Of a stretch of 64,000 nt of DNA, positions 63,543 to 64,000 are shown in pieces; the stretch's first letter is position 1; each line of letters opens with the position of its first letter. The notes beneath the pieces are model-generated. The model was not told the origin of the DNA. It searched no databases and saw only the letters and a list, made by a program, of their open reading frames with translations. The stretch is taken from positions 47,444-111,443 of IMG/VR virus record IMGVR_UViG_3300014204_000129, one strand, 5' to 3'. The DNA comes from a virus. Lineage: Duplodnaviria; Caudoviricetes. Made by a program: the position numbers and the translations under genes.

Positions 63543-63629
63543 TGGGCAGATGTGGAGTCGCACCACAGGGGGGGACTTTGCCCCTTCTGATTTACAGTCA
63601 GACCCGGCCCTCTGCCGGACTACCTACCC
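63543..63629 (-). tRNA. tRNA-Tyr(GUA), atypical D arm
   Basis: TCTGA-CTGTAAA-TCAGA, long variable arm, 6-bp D stem, T loop TGCGACT. Confidence 0.8.
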
Positions 63630-63719
63630 ATATAAATGCTCTACTTCCCTAAGAATTTTACTAGCTATGTTATTGGCCAGTTATACACGATATTATGACA
63701 CAAACTTAACACTGTCTTA

Positions 63720-63776
63720 ATGGGGCGGTTCCGCCCAGAGATCTCTCTCAGTGTGCCTGGATCAACCCCGCCCCAT
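63720..63776 (-). ncRNA. 5' leader hairpin of the RNA cluster
   Basis: ATGGGGCGG/CCGCCCCAT closing stem starting about 7 nt after the -10 box. Confidence 0.45.
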
Positions 63777-63783
63777 CAACCGC

Positions 63784-63812
63784 AGTATAGCACAGGCCGC
63801 CCGACCTGTCAA
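63784..63812 (-). promoter_or_regulatory. Sigma70 promoter driving the tRNA/ncRNA cluster
   Basis: TTGACA-GGTCGGGCGGCCTGTGC-TATACT (17-nt spacer). Confidence 0.8.
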
Positions 63813-64000
63813 GCCCCCTACTCGCCTATTTCGATTGTAGCCGCCGAGGGACTGCCTTCCACATCCTGTAGTACCCCATCAGGGCCGACACTCACTGCAT
63901 GCATGAAGGTATTAGCGTTGTTCTCTGTATACACAGGAACTATATCTCCGTTATCACGTACACATAGTACATATGTACCAACCGTGTTCTTGCTACTATA

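Noticed and set aside
60376-63566. ORFs 60376-60558, 62303-62551, 62852-63043 and 63384-63566
   Set aside because: They overlap tRNA or structured RNA genes and lack convincing SD sites

Overview
The window is 64 kb of a large tailed (siphovirus-like) phage genome, probably partial, read in the standard code. Almost everything is on the minus strand; a short plus-strand block (83-2197) converges on a hairpin at about 2200. Reading the minus strand from right to left: (1) a dense RNA cluster at 60.4-63.8 kb with 9 recognisable tRNAs, none encoding CCA, and several tRNA-shaped or hairpin ncRNAs; (2) accessory genes with an RNA/nucleotide theme: macro domain, CCA-adding/HD enzyme, ATP-grasp, Ro60/TROVE, ThyX, SLOG and DHH; (3) a family A DNA polymerase; (4) morphogenesis genes: intein-containing terminase, portal, protease-capsid fusion, tail tube, frameshifted chaperone, tape measure and tail tip; (5) three glycosyltransferase/methyltransferase genes (one with an intein) beside a Thr-rich collagen-like fibre and LamG fibres; (6) lysis genes. 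The best candidate for a new system is the phage Ro60 together with two Y-RNA-like RNAs that have ordinary tRNA topology. Each has a free acceptor end and a bulged-C, Ro-site-like helix in place of the anticodon loop. They sit among other expanded-cloverleaf RNAs and an anti-Shine-Dalgarno mimic, and the phage carries its own CCA enzyme. Other notable signals are a 7-copy 18-bp inverted-repeat element at two distant loci and a probable virion glycosylation module. All assignments come from motif recognition by eye; no searches or folding programs were run.
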